Assembly (NCBI GenBank): GCA_965202805.1
Contig: OZ241869.1
Span: 2,688,001 to 2,752,000 of the forward strand
Reading direction: 5' to 3'
Length of the DNA stretch: 64,000 bases
Source: Longimicrobiales bacterium
GTDB lineage: Bacteria; Gemmatimonadota; Gemmatimonadetes; Longimicrobiales; Gaopeijiaceae
In this document: piece by piece, positions 1 through 9,348 of the stretch
How positions within the stretch are numbered: position 1 is the stretch's first letter
Layout of the letters: the number at the start of each line of letters is the position of its first letter
The notes under the pieces: generated by a model
Told to the model about the DNA's origin: nothing
Databases searched by the model: none
Seen by the model: only the letters and a program-made list of their open reading frames with translations
Made by a program: the position numbers and the translations under genes

Positions 1-1083
1 TTTCCGGATCAGGCCCGTGCGGATTGGTCCTGCCGAAGTAACCGCAACCCCTAGCTCTGCCGCTACTGCCCCTGAGCGGTGTGGACCTGGGCCGAGTTGC
101 GCCATTGCTCTCAGATACTCCTGCTCCCTGGGCGTAAGGCGGTCGAAGCGAACGCGGAAGAAGCTCGCGTCCAGAGCGGCAATCACCCTTTCCCTGGCCG
201 ACTCGACATCATCGAGAGTCACCGGTGATTCGGAAGCGATGTTCCAGCAATGCGCTCCCCACTCCTGAAGAAAATACGGATAGCCTTCGGTCTGATGACC
301 GATCTGTGACAGCGCGTCATCTTCGATTTCGGCTCCCGCCTCCTCGACCGGCCCTCGAATGGCCTCTGCTATGGCATTCTCGTCGAGTGGACCAACCTCG
401 GGGAAATCGAATAGACGTTCCGCGTAGCTCTTGGCCTCGCCAGCTACCGCTGCGAGCTGCGGTAGCCCAGCACCGAACATGATCAGCGGTAATCCCGTTT
501 GGCTAATTCGGTGCAGCGCAACGATGAGTGCGCCCAAGTCTTCGTCTGACAGGTATTGGACCTCATCCACAAGGAGGGCTGCCGGTTTGTCGGCGGCTTT
601 GGCCGCTTCACCGACGGCGACCAAGAGATCCGTAAGGTCGGTCTCGAGATCGCCGGAAGCGGCTAGACCCGGCTCTGGCGTCACGCCTACCTCAAACTCT
701 GCGTAGGAGACCTTGAATGCGCTGGCGAAATTCCGGAGAGCGCCAAGGGCTCGGTTGCCAAGGACGCGGGCCTTCTCGCGGCCGCTAAGTTGATAAAGGA
801 GACGGCCGAGTTTGGGGACGATGAGATCTGCCAAGGGACGCCTCTCCGGGGCCTCGATCAGGGCGGTCAGGTACCCAGCAACTTCCGCAAGGTCTCCGAT
901 GCGGACGAGAAGGACGGTCTTGCCAACGCCTCGAAGGCCGAGAAGCATCATGCTCTTCGCGTGTCGGCCAGCTTGGATTCGTCGTAGCGCGATATCCGCC
1001 GACACAAGCAATTCGTTGCGACCGGCCAAGGCTGGAGGCCGAGACCCCGCTCCGGGTGCGAACGGGTTGGCAATCGGATCCAT
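1..1083 (-). CDS. AAA-family ATP-binding protein with probable C-terminal winged helix (runs off window start)
   Basis: Absent from the ORF track because it is open-ended. Hand translation from ATG 1083: MDPIANPFAPGAGSRPPALAGR...GLRGVGKT (Walker A)...LLVDEVQY (Walker B)...TEGYPYFLQEWG...FFRVRFDRLTPREQEYLRAMA, with no stop before position 1. Confidence 0.85.
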   Translation of the reverse strand, partial: MDPIANPFAPGAGSRPPALAGRNELLVSADIALRRIQAGRHAKSMMLLGLRGVGKTVLLVRIGDLAEVAGYLTALIEAPERRPLADLIVPKLGRLLYQLSGREKARVLGNRALGALRNFASAFKVSYAEFEVGVTPEPGLAASGDLETDLTDLLVAVGEAAKAADKPAALLVDEVQYLSDEDLGALIVALHRISQTGLPLIMFGAGLPQLAAVAGEAKSYAERLFDFPEVGPLDENAIAEAIRGPVEEAGAEIEDDALSQIGHQTEGYPYFLQEWGAHCWNIASESPVTLDDVESARERVIAALDASFFRVRFDRLTPREQEYLRAMAQLGPGPHRSGAVAAELGVAVTSAGPIRTGLIRK

Positions 1084-1100
1084 CGAACTTCCTTTGAGAA

Positions 1101-1155
1101 AGTTAGATCCAGTTAGATGCATCTAAGGCTAGAAGCTGTCTAACTGCCACTAACT
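1101..1155. promoter_or_regulatory. AT-rich operator-like repeat array upstream of the ATPase
   Basis: AGTTAGAT at 1101 and 1111, palindrome TTAGATGCATCTAA at 1113-1126, inverse half-sites CTAACT at ~1140 and ~1150 (10-bp phasing). Confidence 0.45.
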
Positions 1156-1170
1156 CTGTCAAGATGTCGC

Positions 1171-1332
1171 CTCCACGTCTCGAGAACCGGCCTGTGGCGG
1201 CTGTGGAGGCCGGCGCCGCGAGCCATCCCCGAAGGTGCGCTCATCCACGGGAGCGTGCTGGCACGCATGGATGATCCCGCGCTCGGGTACGCGCCCGCCA
1301 ACCTGCCCGGCGCGCATACGGTTGTGGAGTAG
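1171..1332 (+). pseudogene. 3' remnant resembling the C-terminus of DUF2235 (Tle1-like alpha/beta hydrolase) proteins
   Basis: Reads LHVSRTGLWRLWRPAPRAIPEGALIHGSVLARMDDPALGYAPANLPGAHTVVE*. The IPEGAxIHxSV...YxPxNLP pattern is typical of DUF2235 C-termini. No start or N-terminal part is present. Confidence 0.55.
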
Positions 1333-1361
1333 GAGCTTCGACGGGGACGGTCCGGGACGGA

Positions 1362-1405
1362 GTTATGACTCATGGGTATAACCGTTATGACCCATGTCCC
1401 ATAAC
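1362..1405. repeat. Two tandem GTTAT-N11/12-ATAAC inverted-repeat sites
   Basis: GTTATGACTCATGGGTATAAC (1362-1382) and GTTATGACCCATGTCCCATAAC (1384-1405). Confidence 0.5.
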
Positions 1406-1587
1406 TATGGCGCGAGGGCCACAACTCTGGGTTGCCGTCCTCCGGCAGCCCGTACCACGTGCCTCTCTTCTTGCCGTGCATGACCAAGTCGCCCCGACGG
1501 GTCAGTCGAGCCAGGGTCCGGCTCGCCTGCTATGGATGAACCTTGCAGAGTTCAGCTGCGTCGCGACGGGCGATCCGGCGGGACCCG

Positions 1588-2610
1588 TCAACGTCCCGTC
1601 CAGAGCCGGGCGCGCTCCAGGAACACTGTCGCATCTTCGCGCCACTCCGCGTAGCCGATCTCGCGGTCGCGGGTAAGCCAACTCAGCTTCTCGTCGATGC
1701 AGGCCAGTAGTTCCGGCCGCCCGGCGTCCAGGGCGAAGCCACCGTGTTCGGCGAGGGTATCGAGCGCGGAGACCACGAAGCTGCCGTCGGACTCGTAGGC
1801 GGTTTCGCCGTTGCCGATCGCGCCTTGCGCGACTGCATCGATCGTTTCGTCGCGCAGGGCCTCAATGAGCTCCCGTTCGTTCGCGGCGTGGACGACCCGG
1901 GGCATCGACTCGGACGGCGGATGGATGTGCGTCCTTCCCTCCAGGACCGCAGATGCTCTCGCGGCGGTGATCACATAGGCCGCCGTGCCGTCAGCCACCA
2001 CCGTCCCCCCCGGAGTGTCGATCCGCGTGCCTGCGGCCAGGACGCCGGCGTCGTCGGCAAGCCCCGCGAGCTGGAGGAAACGCGCTTCACCGGTCGTACC
2101 CCGAAAGACACCGACCAGCACATCCCGGGTCAGCCCGTCGTAGGACGAGAAACGTCCTTCGTCGCCTGCACGCACCAGCAGCGACTGGCGAAAGGCGATG
2201 TGGCCGGACGTAAAGGCCACGGCCACCTCTCCGGCGTGGTCCCGGGTTCGGGAATCGAGAATCGAGATACCGCCGCCCACGATGTCGATATCCGGCGTGG
2301 ACGGGAGCAGCCAGATGTCGGGCCATTCAGCGACGGGACTCCGTTCGAAGGACAGCCGCGCCCCCTCCATCGCCTCCATCGCCGTGAGCAGGTCCGCCTC
2401 GTAGCCGAGGTGGGTGTGGAACCCCGGAGAGGCCGGATCTTCGTCGGCGCTGTAGCTCACGGGCGGGTAGTACGCGTAGAACGCCGCGCGGAGAGGCTCG
2501 CCCGCGGGTGTGCAGGCACCGGCGAGCTGCTCCGGCTCCGTGACCCGGCAGGCCGAACTCAGGAGCAGGATGCCGGGGATGGCGAAGCGCAGCAAATGAA
2601 CAGGTTTCAC
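1588..2610 (-). CDS. Amino-acid ABC transporter-type substrate-binding lipoprotein (family 3-like)
   Basis: Lipobox LLLSSAC; YPPVSY...GYEADLL...DIVGGGISILDSR motifs; GTG start overlaps the TGA of the upstream VOC stub. Confidence 0.75.
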   Translation of the reverse strand: MKPVHLLRFAIPGILLLSSACRVTEPEQLAGACTPAGEPLRAAFYAYYPPVSYSADEDPASPGFHTHLGYEADLLTAMEAMEGARLSFERSPVAEWPDIWLLPSTPDIDIVGGGISILDSRTRDHAGEVAVAFTSGHIAFRQSLLVRAGDEGRFSSYDGLTRDVLVGVFRGTTGEARFLQLAGLADDAGVLAAGTRIDTPGGTVVADGTAAYVITAARASAVLEGRTHIHPPSESMPRVVHAANERELIEALRDETIDAVAQGAIGNGETAYESDGSFVVSALDTLAEHGGFALDAGRPELLACIDEKLSWLTRDREIGYAEWREDATVFLERARLWTGR

Positions 2611-2677
2611 GACGCGGGTTCCCAAAGCTCGATCGCGTTTGCGTCGGGGTCGTGGATGCGGGCAAAGCGGCCGATGC
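2607..2677 (-). pseudogene. 3'-end duplicate of the VOC/glyoxalase gene
   Basis: Encodes GRFARIHDPDANAIELWEPAS*; 64/71 nt identical to 5866-5936 by hand alignment. Confidence 0.85.
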
Positions 2678-2722
2678 GGAAGCTCGGGCCATCCGCTGAT
2701 CCCGGTACTCCGCGCCGATCCG

Positions 2723-3541
2723 TCAACGGAAGGCGCGGCGCAGCGCAGCTTCGTAGACCGCGTCGCCGAACCACTTGCGGATGAACATCAACGGACGGGC
2801 AAAGGCGCCCTTCACGTAGCGCCGTCGCGGGCGGGCGGTGGTCGCGGCCTCGACGAACACCCGTGCGAGCACGCTGGCTTCGGTGCCGCGACTCATGGTC
2901 TCGGGATCGGACACCATCGCGAGGAATCGATCCAGACCGGCCTTGTAGGCACTGTCGGCGTAGTACTTTTGAAGCGAGCCTGCCACCACTTCGCCGAACT
3001 CGGTCCGGATGCCGCCGGGCTGGATGAGGACGACCTGGATGTTGAAGGGCGCGGTCTCGATGCGGAGGCAGTCCGACCAGCCCTCGAGTGCGTGCTTGGT
3101 CGCGTGGTACCATGCGCCGAAGGGCGTGAATATCCGGCCGCCCATCGACGAGACATTGACGATTCGGCCCGCGCCTTGCGCCCGCATATGCGGCAGGACG
3201 AGCTGGGTGAGGTGGGCCAGGCCGAACAGGTTTACCTCGAACTGGTATCTCGCGTCGTCGAGCGGGATGTCCTCGACCGTCCCGTAGAGGCCGAAGCCCG
3301 CGTTGTTGATCAGCACGTCGATACGTCCCTCGGCATCGACGATCCGGCGCACGGCCCGCTCGTTGTCCTCGCCCTTCGAGACGTCCATCTCGACCGGGGT
3401 GATGCCGTGTTCAGACAGGTCGTCCATGCGGTCCAGTCGGCGCGCGCCGGCGTAGACGGTGTGGCCCTCGCCGGCCAGGAGGATCGCGGCCTCCCGGCCC
3501 ATGCCGGACGAGGCTCCCGTGACGAGCATGATCTTGCCCAA
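2723..3541 (-). CDS. Short-chain dehydrogenase/reductase (SDR)
   Basis: TGASSGMG, NNAG and YHATK motifs. Confidence 0.95.
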   Translation of the reverse strand: MGKIMLVTGASSGMGREAAILLAGEGHTVYAGARRLDRMDDLSEHGITPVEMDVSKGEDNERAVRRIVDAEGRIDVLINNAGFGLYGTVEDIPLDDARYQFEVNLFGLAHLTQLVLPHMRAQGAGRIVNVSSMGGRIFTPFGAWYHATKHALEGWSDCLRIETAPFNIQVVLIQPGGIRTEFGEVVAGSLQKYYADSAYKAGLDRFLAMVSDPETMSRGTEASVLARVFVEAATTARPRRRYVKGAFARPLMFIRKWFGDAVYEAALRRAFR

Positions 3542-3626
3542 GGCGCTGCTCCTTCTCTCGGTGTCGGCTGAAGACGTTGCCCGTGGGGGCGTCGAGACGT
3601 GGGTCGGGGAACGGGCCCCAGGCTGC

Positions 3627-5831
3627 CTACTTCGGCCCGGGCGCCAGATGCTCCAGCAGATAGCGCACCATCAGCATGCGAACATGGACCGCCGTCCCCT
3701 CTCCCTCCGACAACCCGTGGTTCCGGTTGGGATAGGTGAAGTAGTCGAAGGTCTTCCCGAGTTCCACCAGTCGGTCCACCAGTCCCTCGACGATCTCCAG
3801 GTGGGTGTTGGTTTCCCCGGTTCCGTGAATGATGAGCAGGTCCCCCTCGAGCCCTTCCGCGTAGTTGATGGGCGCGGAGACGCGGTAGCCGTCCGGGTTG
3901 GTTTCCAGGGTCTCCATGTAGATCTCCTGGAACCATGCGTTGTAGAGGTGCGGCTGGGGCTTGGGGACCACGGCGATCCCCACGTGGTAGACATCGGGCT
4001 TGCGAAACAGCGAATTCAGGGTGTTGGATCCGCCGCCGCTCCAGCCCCAGATCCCCACCCTGGACACATCGACGTAGGGGAGCATCCTGCCGAGTTCCAG
4101 CACGCCCGCCGCATGCTCCTCCGTCGATTGCACGCCGATCGTCGGAAAGGGCGCCCTCCGCCACGCCGCACCCTTCGGCGCCGGCGTGCCCCGGTTCTCG
4201 ATTGACACGACCAGGTACCCGAGGTCCGCGATGGCGCGATGGTAGTTGTTCCGGGTCGACCACTGGTCGAGGACGGTCTGGCCGTGCGGTTCCCCGTAGA
4301 CGTAGATGAACACCGGGTATTTCGCGCCGGGGTCGAAATCCCGCGGCTTGATCATCCACGCGTCCATCACCACGCCGTCCCCGATATCCAGCTCCAGAAA
4401 CTCCGTGGGGCGTGAGATCGTGGCCTCGGCCCGGCGCCGGAGCTCGTCGTTGTCCTCCAGAACCCGCACGACGCGGTGGTCTGGGAGGCTGATCAGGGCG
4501 GTAACCGGGGGAGTATCGAATGTGGAATATGTGTGGAAGGCCCACCGAAGGTCGGGAGAGAAGTCGTAGAAGTGGGTTCCCGGCTGGTCCGGGGGCGTGA
4601 CCCGCTCGGGCTCTTCGGCGCCGTCCAGCCGGACACGGTAGAGGTAGCGCTGGGTGGCGTTGTCGGGCGAGGCGAAGAAGTAGAACCAGCCATCTCCCCC
4701 ATCGACCTCCCCGTGGGCAACCGGCCCGCGCTCCATGACGTCGCCGGGCCCCGGGGTCAGGAGCCGTTCCTCGCGCCCGTCGCGCGAATAGACCCAGGAG
4801 TGGCGCCACCCGTCCTTCTCGGTCAGGAAGAGGAAGGAGTCGCCCCCCCGGATCCACTCCAGGCCGGCGTTCAGGCGATAGCTGGCGACGACCCAGGCCG
4901 GATCGGACTCGTGGTAGACCCGGTTGACCTCACCCGTGGTCACGTTGGCGATGAAGAAGTCCCGTTCGTCCCGAAACCGGCTGAACTGCTCCACCAGCAG
5001 CTCCTCGGAGTTCCCGGCCCAGCTCACCTGCCCGAGATAGAAGCCCTCGGTGGGGGAAGGGATGGAGATCCAGCGGACTTCCGTGCCCTCGGCGTCCACC
5101 ACGCCCACCCGGAGCCTGGTGATCGTCTCGCCCACCCGCGCGAATCGGACCTGCCGGAGCTCGGGATACGAGGGATCGGTGGGGACGAGCATGGACCTCA
5201 TCCGCACTCCGGAGGCGTCGGACTCGACGAAGGCGACCCGGTTGCCGTCGGGGCTCCACACGGCGCGCCCGTTGGAGACGGATTGGGCGGTGGTGTGGGT
5301 CAGGCGGGTCGTTTGCGCGGCCGCGAGGTCGTGGACGTGGAGGTCGCCCTCACGGCTGAAGAGGATGCGGCCTCCTTCCGGGGAGATGGTGCTCCCGGGG
5401 CCTGCCTCCACCCTCGTCAGCCTGGAGGTGGCGGGTTCGAGCATCCAGAAGCCGTCGGTGTCGGTCCGGAGGAGCGCCCAGGTGCCGTCCGGGGCGAACT
5501 GGTAGTCGGAGATGCTCAGGGGCTCCGAACCACCGGCGGGCGTGAGGTCGGCGAGCGAGGCGAGGACGGTCCGGCTGCCGCTCGCGGCATCGTACCCGAT
5601 CAACTCCGGCTGCAACGCGCCCGAGGGGGTCTCCAGGGTCGTGTATCCGGATCCGTCGGGCAGCCAGGTCGCCTGGAATGACCGCGCGTCAAAGTCCCTC
5701 GCCTCGAAGATGGAACGGAGGCGGGCTTCCGTCTCTGCGGGGACCTGGCAGAAGGCTGGAGATGCGACAAGTGTGGGGACGGCGAGAACGCCAACCAGCC
5801 AGAGGCTCCGAATAATGCGTCTCGTGCTCAT
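3627..5831 (-). CDS. S9 family dipeptidyl peptidase IV-like protein, secreted
   Basis: Signal peptide, DPPIV_N propeller, GWSGGG nucleophile elbow, YPNRNHG. Confidence 0.93.
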   Translation of the reverse strand: MSTRRIIRSLWLVGVLAVPTLVASPAFCQVPAETEARLRSIFEARDFDARSFQATWLPDGSGYTTLETPSGALQPELIGYDAASGSRTVLASLADLTPAGGSEPLSISDYQFAPDGTWALLRTDTDGFWMLEPATSRLTRVEAGPGSTISPEGGRILFSREGDLHVHDLAAAQTTRLTHTTAQSVSNGRAVWSPDGNRVAFVESDASGVRMRSMLVPTDPSYPELRQVRFARVGETITRLRVGVVDAEGTEVRWISIPSPTEGFYLGQVSWAGNSEELLVEQFSRFRDERDFFIANVTTGEVNRVYHESDPAWVVASYRLNAGLEWIRGGDSFLFLTEKDGWRHSWVYSRDGREERLLTPGPGDVMERGPVAHGEVDGGDGWFYFFASPDNATQRYLYRVRLDGAEEPERVTPPDQPGTHFYDFSPDLRWAFHTYSTFDTPPVTALISLPDHRVVRVLEDNDELRRRAEATISRPTEFLELDIGDGVVMDAWMIKPRDFDPGAKYPVFIYVYGEPHGQTVLDQWSTRNNYHRAIADLGYLVVSIENRGTPAPKGAAWRRAPFPTIGVQSTEEHAAGVLELGRMLPYVDVSRVGIWGWSGGGSNTLNSLFRKPDVYHVGIAVVPKPQPHLYNAWFQEIYMETLETNPDGYRVSAPINYAEGLEGDLLIIHGTGETNTHLEIVEGLVDRLVELGKTFDYFTYPNRNHGLSEGEGTAVHVRMLMVRYLLEHLAPGPK

Positions 5832-5865
5832 GAAGAACTCCAGATCATCCCAACAGGTCGAAATC

Positions 5866-6228
5866 TCACGATACGGGCTCCCAAAGCTCGATCGCGTTTC
5901 CTTCGGGGTCGTGGATGCGGGCGAAGCGGCCGACGCCCTCCATCTCGCTCTCGTGGCTGACCTCGATATCCGCGGACTTCAGTTGCGCGATCATCGCGTC
6001 CAGATCCGCCACGCGGAAGTTCAGCATGAACGCCTTGTCCGCCGCGAAATAGTCCGTGTCGGCACCGAAGGGCGCGAAAACCGTAACCCCGGACTCGGTC
6101 ACCCAGGGCGGCATCTCCATGTTCGTCGGGGCGGGATTGATGCCAAGGTGATCCTGATACCATTTCGCAAGTCCCTTCGGGTCCTGTGCCCGAAAGAAGA
6201 ACCCGCCGAATCCCTGAACGGTTTGCAC
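5866..6228 (-). CDS. VOC/glyoxalase family protein
   Basis: GFGGFFFRAQDP...LNFRVADLD...DPEGNAIELWEP. Confidence 0.92.
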   Translation of the reverse strand: MQTVQGFGGFFFRAQDPKGLAKWYQDHLGINPAPTNMEMPPWVTESGVTVFAPFGADTDYFAADKAFMLNFRVADLDAMIAQLKSADIEVSHESEMEGVGRFARIHDPEGNAIELWEPVS

Positions 6229-6383
6229 GCTGCGTCCTCTCGATGATGGGTTGCACGATCTGCGCTTCGGAGAGTGTCGTGGAGAGAGGGCGTCTGCGCC
6301 AGAGCGCGGGCCGCAACCCGGCGGATGCCCCTCTCACCGTCCGTCCGAACGTCATCCATGCCCTGCCAACCGGGGGCCGTGTG

Positions 6384-6425
6384 AACCTCCCGAGGGTTGA
6401 CGGTATCAGATCACATGACTAGCGT
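6384..6425 (+). promoter_or_regulatory. Putative sigma70 promoter with overlapping palindrome for the MqsRA-like operon
   Basis: TTGACG (6397-6402), 17-nt spacer, TAGCGT (6420-6425); AACC-N7-GGTT palindrome (6384-6398) overlaps the -35. Confidence 0.5.
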
Positions 6426-6486
6426 ACACCGCCTGAATCGTCCTGGCCGGATCGGACACGGGAGCAGACAGATCATATGAGTGTAT

Positions 6487-6876
6487 ATGACCACGAGTTC
6501 GGCCAGCACGCCAAGGAGCGAGAATCAGCCCGACAAGCACGCCGAGGCGCGCCGACAGCTGATCGCCCTGATCCGGCAGCCACGGCGACGGGTGAGTGCA
6601 TGGTCTCTCGAGCGCCCCACCGACATCCGGTACGAGGAGGTTTGGAATCCCGAGTCCGGGATGTACCTGACCGAGAAGGGTATGTGGCATATGATCGAGC
6701 GCTTCCTCGGGGAGGGAGTCCCGCTCCGGCAGCAGACGCTGGATCAGCCTGCGGGCGAGAAGGCGTGGGTGTGCCTGTTTCGGCTCGCGGCAGACCAACC
6801 GCGCATCTACGTCAAACTTCAGATGATCGGGTCTCGTGTCCATCTTCGCAGCTTCCATTACTCCGATCCGAGGTGA
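6487..6876 (+). CDS. MqsR-like (RelE-fold) toxin candidate
   Basis: C-terminal IYVKLQ...HLRSFHYS matches the MqsR-family YxK...SFH ending; lies directly upstream of an MqsA-like gene. Confidence 0.65.
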   Translation: MTTSSASTPRSENQPDKHAEARRQLIALIRQPRRRVSAWSLERPTDIRYEEVWNPESGMYLTEKGMWHMIERFLGEGVPLRQQTLDQPAGEKAWVCLFRLAADQPRIYVKLQMIGSRVHLRSFHYSDPR

Positions 6877-6882
6877 TCCGGA

Positions 6883-7452
6883 ATGGCTAAGATTGCTTCA
6901 CCCCCGACCGTCCTCCGTGAGATTGACGGACCTGAGATCTGCGGGTCGTGCGAAACCCCGGGCCTCAGGACGGAACTCGTCCGGGACCCATTCATTTACG
7001 GCGCTGGTGAAGACGCCGTTGAACTCGCCGTCGAGATCCCCGTCCATACCTGTTCGTACTGCGGGTCGTACACAGGCGAGGCGGCGGCGGACATCAGACA
7101 CGACGCGGTGTGCCGGCACCTCGGGCTCCTGACACCGAACGAGATTCGGGAGCTTCGCGGAGTATACGAGATGTCCCGTGCCGCCTTCGCGACGTTGACC
7201 GGCCTCGGCGAAGCAACCATCGCCCGCTGGGAAAGACGCGAGGTGATCCAGAACGTCGCAAACGACCGTTACCTGAGGCTGCTCCAGAATCCGGCCATCT
7301 TCCTCCAGCTCAAGGCGTTGGCGCATCCTGGAGCCTCGGTGGACGCCGTCCGCGACTCGGTGATTGCCGTGCCGCATGTCCTGCAACTCGATCGCGCGAA
7401 GGAGTATCGCGACCGTGGCGCGGCCTTTTCGCTGCACGAGCACGCGGCCTGA
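6883..7452 (+). CDS. MqsA-like antitoxin (Zn ribbon + XRE HTH) with C-terminal extension
   Basis: CGSC...CSYCG zinc ribbon; LLTPNEIRELR...MSRAAFATLTGLGEATIARWER HTH; ~45 extra residues ending HEHAA. Confidence 0.88.
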   Translation: MAKIASPPTVLREIDGPEICGSCETPGLRTELVRDPFIYGAGEDAVELAVEIPVHTCSYCGSYTGEAAADIRHDAVCRHLGLLTPNEIRELRGVYEMSRAAFATLTGLGEATIARWERREVIQNVANDRYLRLLQNPAIFLQLKALAHPGASVDAVRDSVIAVPHVLQLDRAKEYRDRGAAFSLHEHAA

Positions 7453-9326
7453 TGTACGTCGTCACCTTCTACTCCTTCAAGGGCGGCGTCGGTCGCACGC
7501 TCGCGCTGCTCAACGTGGCCTACGAGTTGGCAGACTCCGGCCAGCGTGTACTGGTCGTCGACTTCGACCTGGAGGCACCTGCGATCCGCGCCGACCGGTG
7601 GAACAGGGACGCGCAAGATGGCGACGTGGCGCGAGTGGGCCAGTTGTCGGAAAACCGGGGCGTGGTAGAGTACGTCGGCCAGTACCTCCAGACGATGCGG
7701 GTCCCCGACGTCCGGGAGTTCATCGTCGACGCCACCACGCCCGAGAATTGTCAGGGACAAATCTCCGTGATGCCTGCCGGAGAGCTGAACGACAGCTATG
7801 GCCAGCGCCTGAACGCCATCGACTGGAACGAGCTCTACCAGCTCCGCGACGGCTATGTAATGTTCGAGGATACACGAGCTCAGTGGGATGCCGCCGGGTT
7901 CGACTACGTCCTGCTGGACTCCCGCACCGGGTTCACCGATGTGGGCGGGATCTGCACCCGCCACCTGCCCGACGCCGTCGTCTCGCTGTTCCGCCCGGAC
8001 GATCAGAGCCTGAACGGCACCCGACAGGTTGTCGAGGCCATCCGCAAGGAGGAGCAAACGCCCCGGAGGAGACAGGAGATCGAACAACATTTCGTCATGG
8101 CCGGGATACCGGATGCCGACGACGAGCATGGCCACCTGGCTGCGAGAAGGAGGCTGTTCAGGACAGAGCTCAGCATTCCCGGCCCTGAACGACTGTTGGA
8201 GATCAGGCACTACCCCAGCATGGACCTGCTGACCCAGCCGATCTACACGCAGACCCGCAGCGGGACCCGCCTGGCCCGTTCGTATCGAATCCTTGCGCGC
8301 AGGATTCGTGCCTGGAACATCGGCGACCGAAAGGGCATTCTGGACGGTCTTCGCGACCGCCGTCGCTTCGCAGACTCGCGTGCGTTGGACGACTTCCTGG
8401 CCCAGGTCAGGAGGCGGTACCACAACGACGCGGACGTTCTCATCGAACTCGCAGAAACATACGAATCCCGAGGATCGATCCTGAAGGCCGCCGAGCTGCT
8501 CGACAGGGCGGCCGAACTCCGCCCCGCGATGACCCACAAGCAGCTCCTGCATTTGGCGCGCGCACGGCACCGGACCGAGGACCGGCAAGGTGCCCTGCGG
8601 GCCCTGCGGTCGTTCTTCCAGACGGATGTCCATCACCCGTCTTCGGAGAACCTGTTCCTGCTCTTGATGGAAGCACTTGACTTGCTCGAAACGCTCGGGG
8701 AGGACGCCGCGGGACTCGCTGCTGAGGCGCCAATCATTGCGGAGCTCTCGCCTCGGACGCGCGTCCATGTGGCATCGCGGCTTAATCGGTCAGTGGGCGA
8801 GCGTCGCGTGGCCATTTCGATATTTGAGACACTTCTCGACGAAGACACTCTCTCAACCAGACAGAAGGCGAGCTGGGCGTGGCGCCTTGCCCTTGCCCGC
8901 ATGGCCGTGGGGGACTACGACCGCGCCGGGGCGGTTTTCCGGTCAGAACTGGACGATTCCGCGTCTCGTTCTGCCGTGCCCACCGCGTTCAATCTGGCCA
9001 TGGCCGAGTGGGCGATGGCCGGTAAGCCGAATGAAGACGCCTTCCGCGCCGTGGTGAAGCGCATGGACGAAGAAGACGACGGCGATTGGCAGCGAGACAA
9101 CGCCAGCGGACTCCAAGGCGTGGCCGTCGTACAGTGGTTCGGAAACCGCCGGGAGCAGGCCACAAGCAGCCTGGATGCGGCCGAGAAGGCCTTGGGCCGC
9201 ACCGCGATCAGCTGCTGGTCCTACACCCGCGTCCCACGCAAGACTTTCCTGGAGCACTGCGCCGAGATCCGCCGACTCTTCGCCGGCGAGGACATCCAAC
9301 CAGTCTTCATGCGAGGCGGTTGCTGA
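7452..9326 (+). CDS. KGGVGR-motif ParA/MinD-like ATPase fused to TPR-like helical repeats (624 aa)
   Basis: True start is probably ATG 7452 (TGATG overlap with the antitoxin stop). VVTFYSFKGGVGRT, VVDFDLEAP and DYVLLDSRTG motifs; helical repeat C-terminal half. Confidence 0.85.
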   Translation: MYVVTFYSFKGGVGRTLALLNVAYELADSGQRVLVVDFDLEAPAIRADRWNRDAQDGDVARVGQLSENRGVVEYVGQYLQTMRVPDVREFIVDATTPENCQGQISVMPAGELNDSYGQRLNAIDWNELYQLRDGYVMFEDTRAQWDAAGFDYVLLDSRTGFTDVGGICTRHLPDAVVSLFRPDDQSLNGTRQVVEAIRKEEQTPRRRQEIEQHFVMAGIPDADDEHGHLAARRRLFRTELSIPGPERLLEIRHYPSMDLLTQPIYTQTRSGTRLARSYRILARRIRAWNIGDRKGILDGLRDRRRFADSRALDDFLAQVRRRYHNDADVLIELAETYESRGSILKAAELLDRAAELRPAMTHKQLLHLARARHRTEDRQGALRALRSFFQTDVHHPSSENLFLLLMEALDLLETLGEDAAGLAAEAPIIAELSPRTRVHVASRLNRSVGERRVAISIFETLLDEDTLSTRQKASWAWRLALARMAVGDYDRAGAVFRSELDDSASRSAVPTAFNLAMAEWAMAGKPNEDAFRAVVKRMDEEDDGDWQRDNASGLQGVAVVQWFGNRREQATSSLDAAEKALGRTAISCWSYTRVPRKTFLEHCAEIRRLFAGEDIQPVFMRGGC

Positions 9327-9348
9327 AGGGCTTGAGAGAGGAAACGCG

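Noticed and set aside
7110..7451. N-terminal extension of the 738-aa ORF
   Set aside because: It overlaps the MqsA-like gene in another frame; the ATPase motif begins at ATG 7452.
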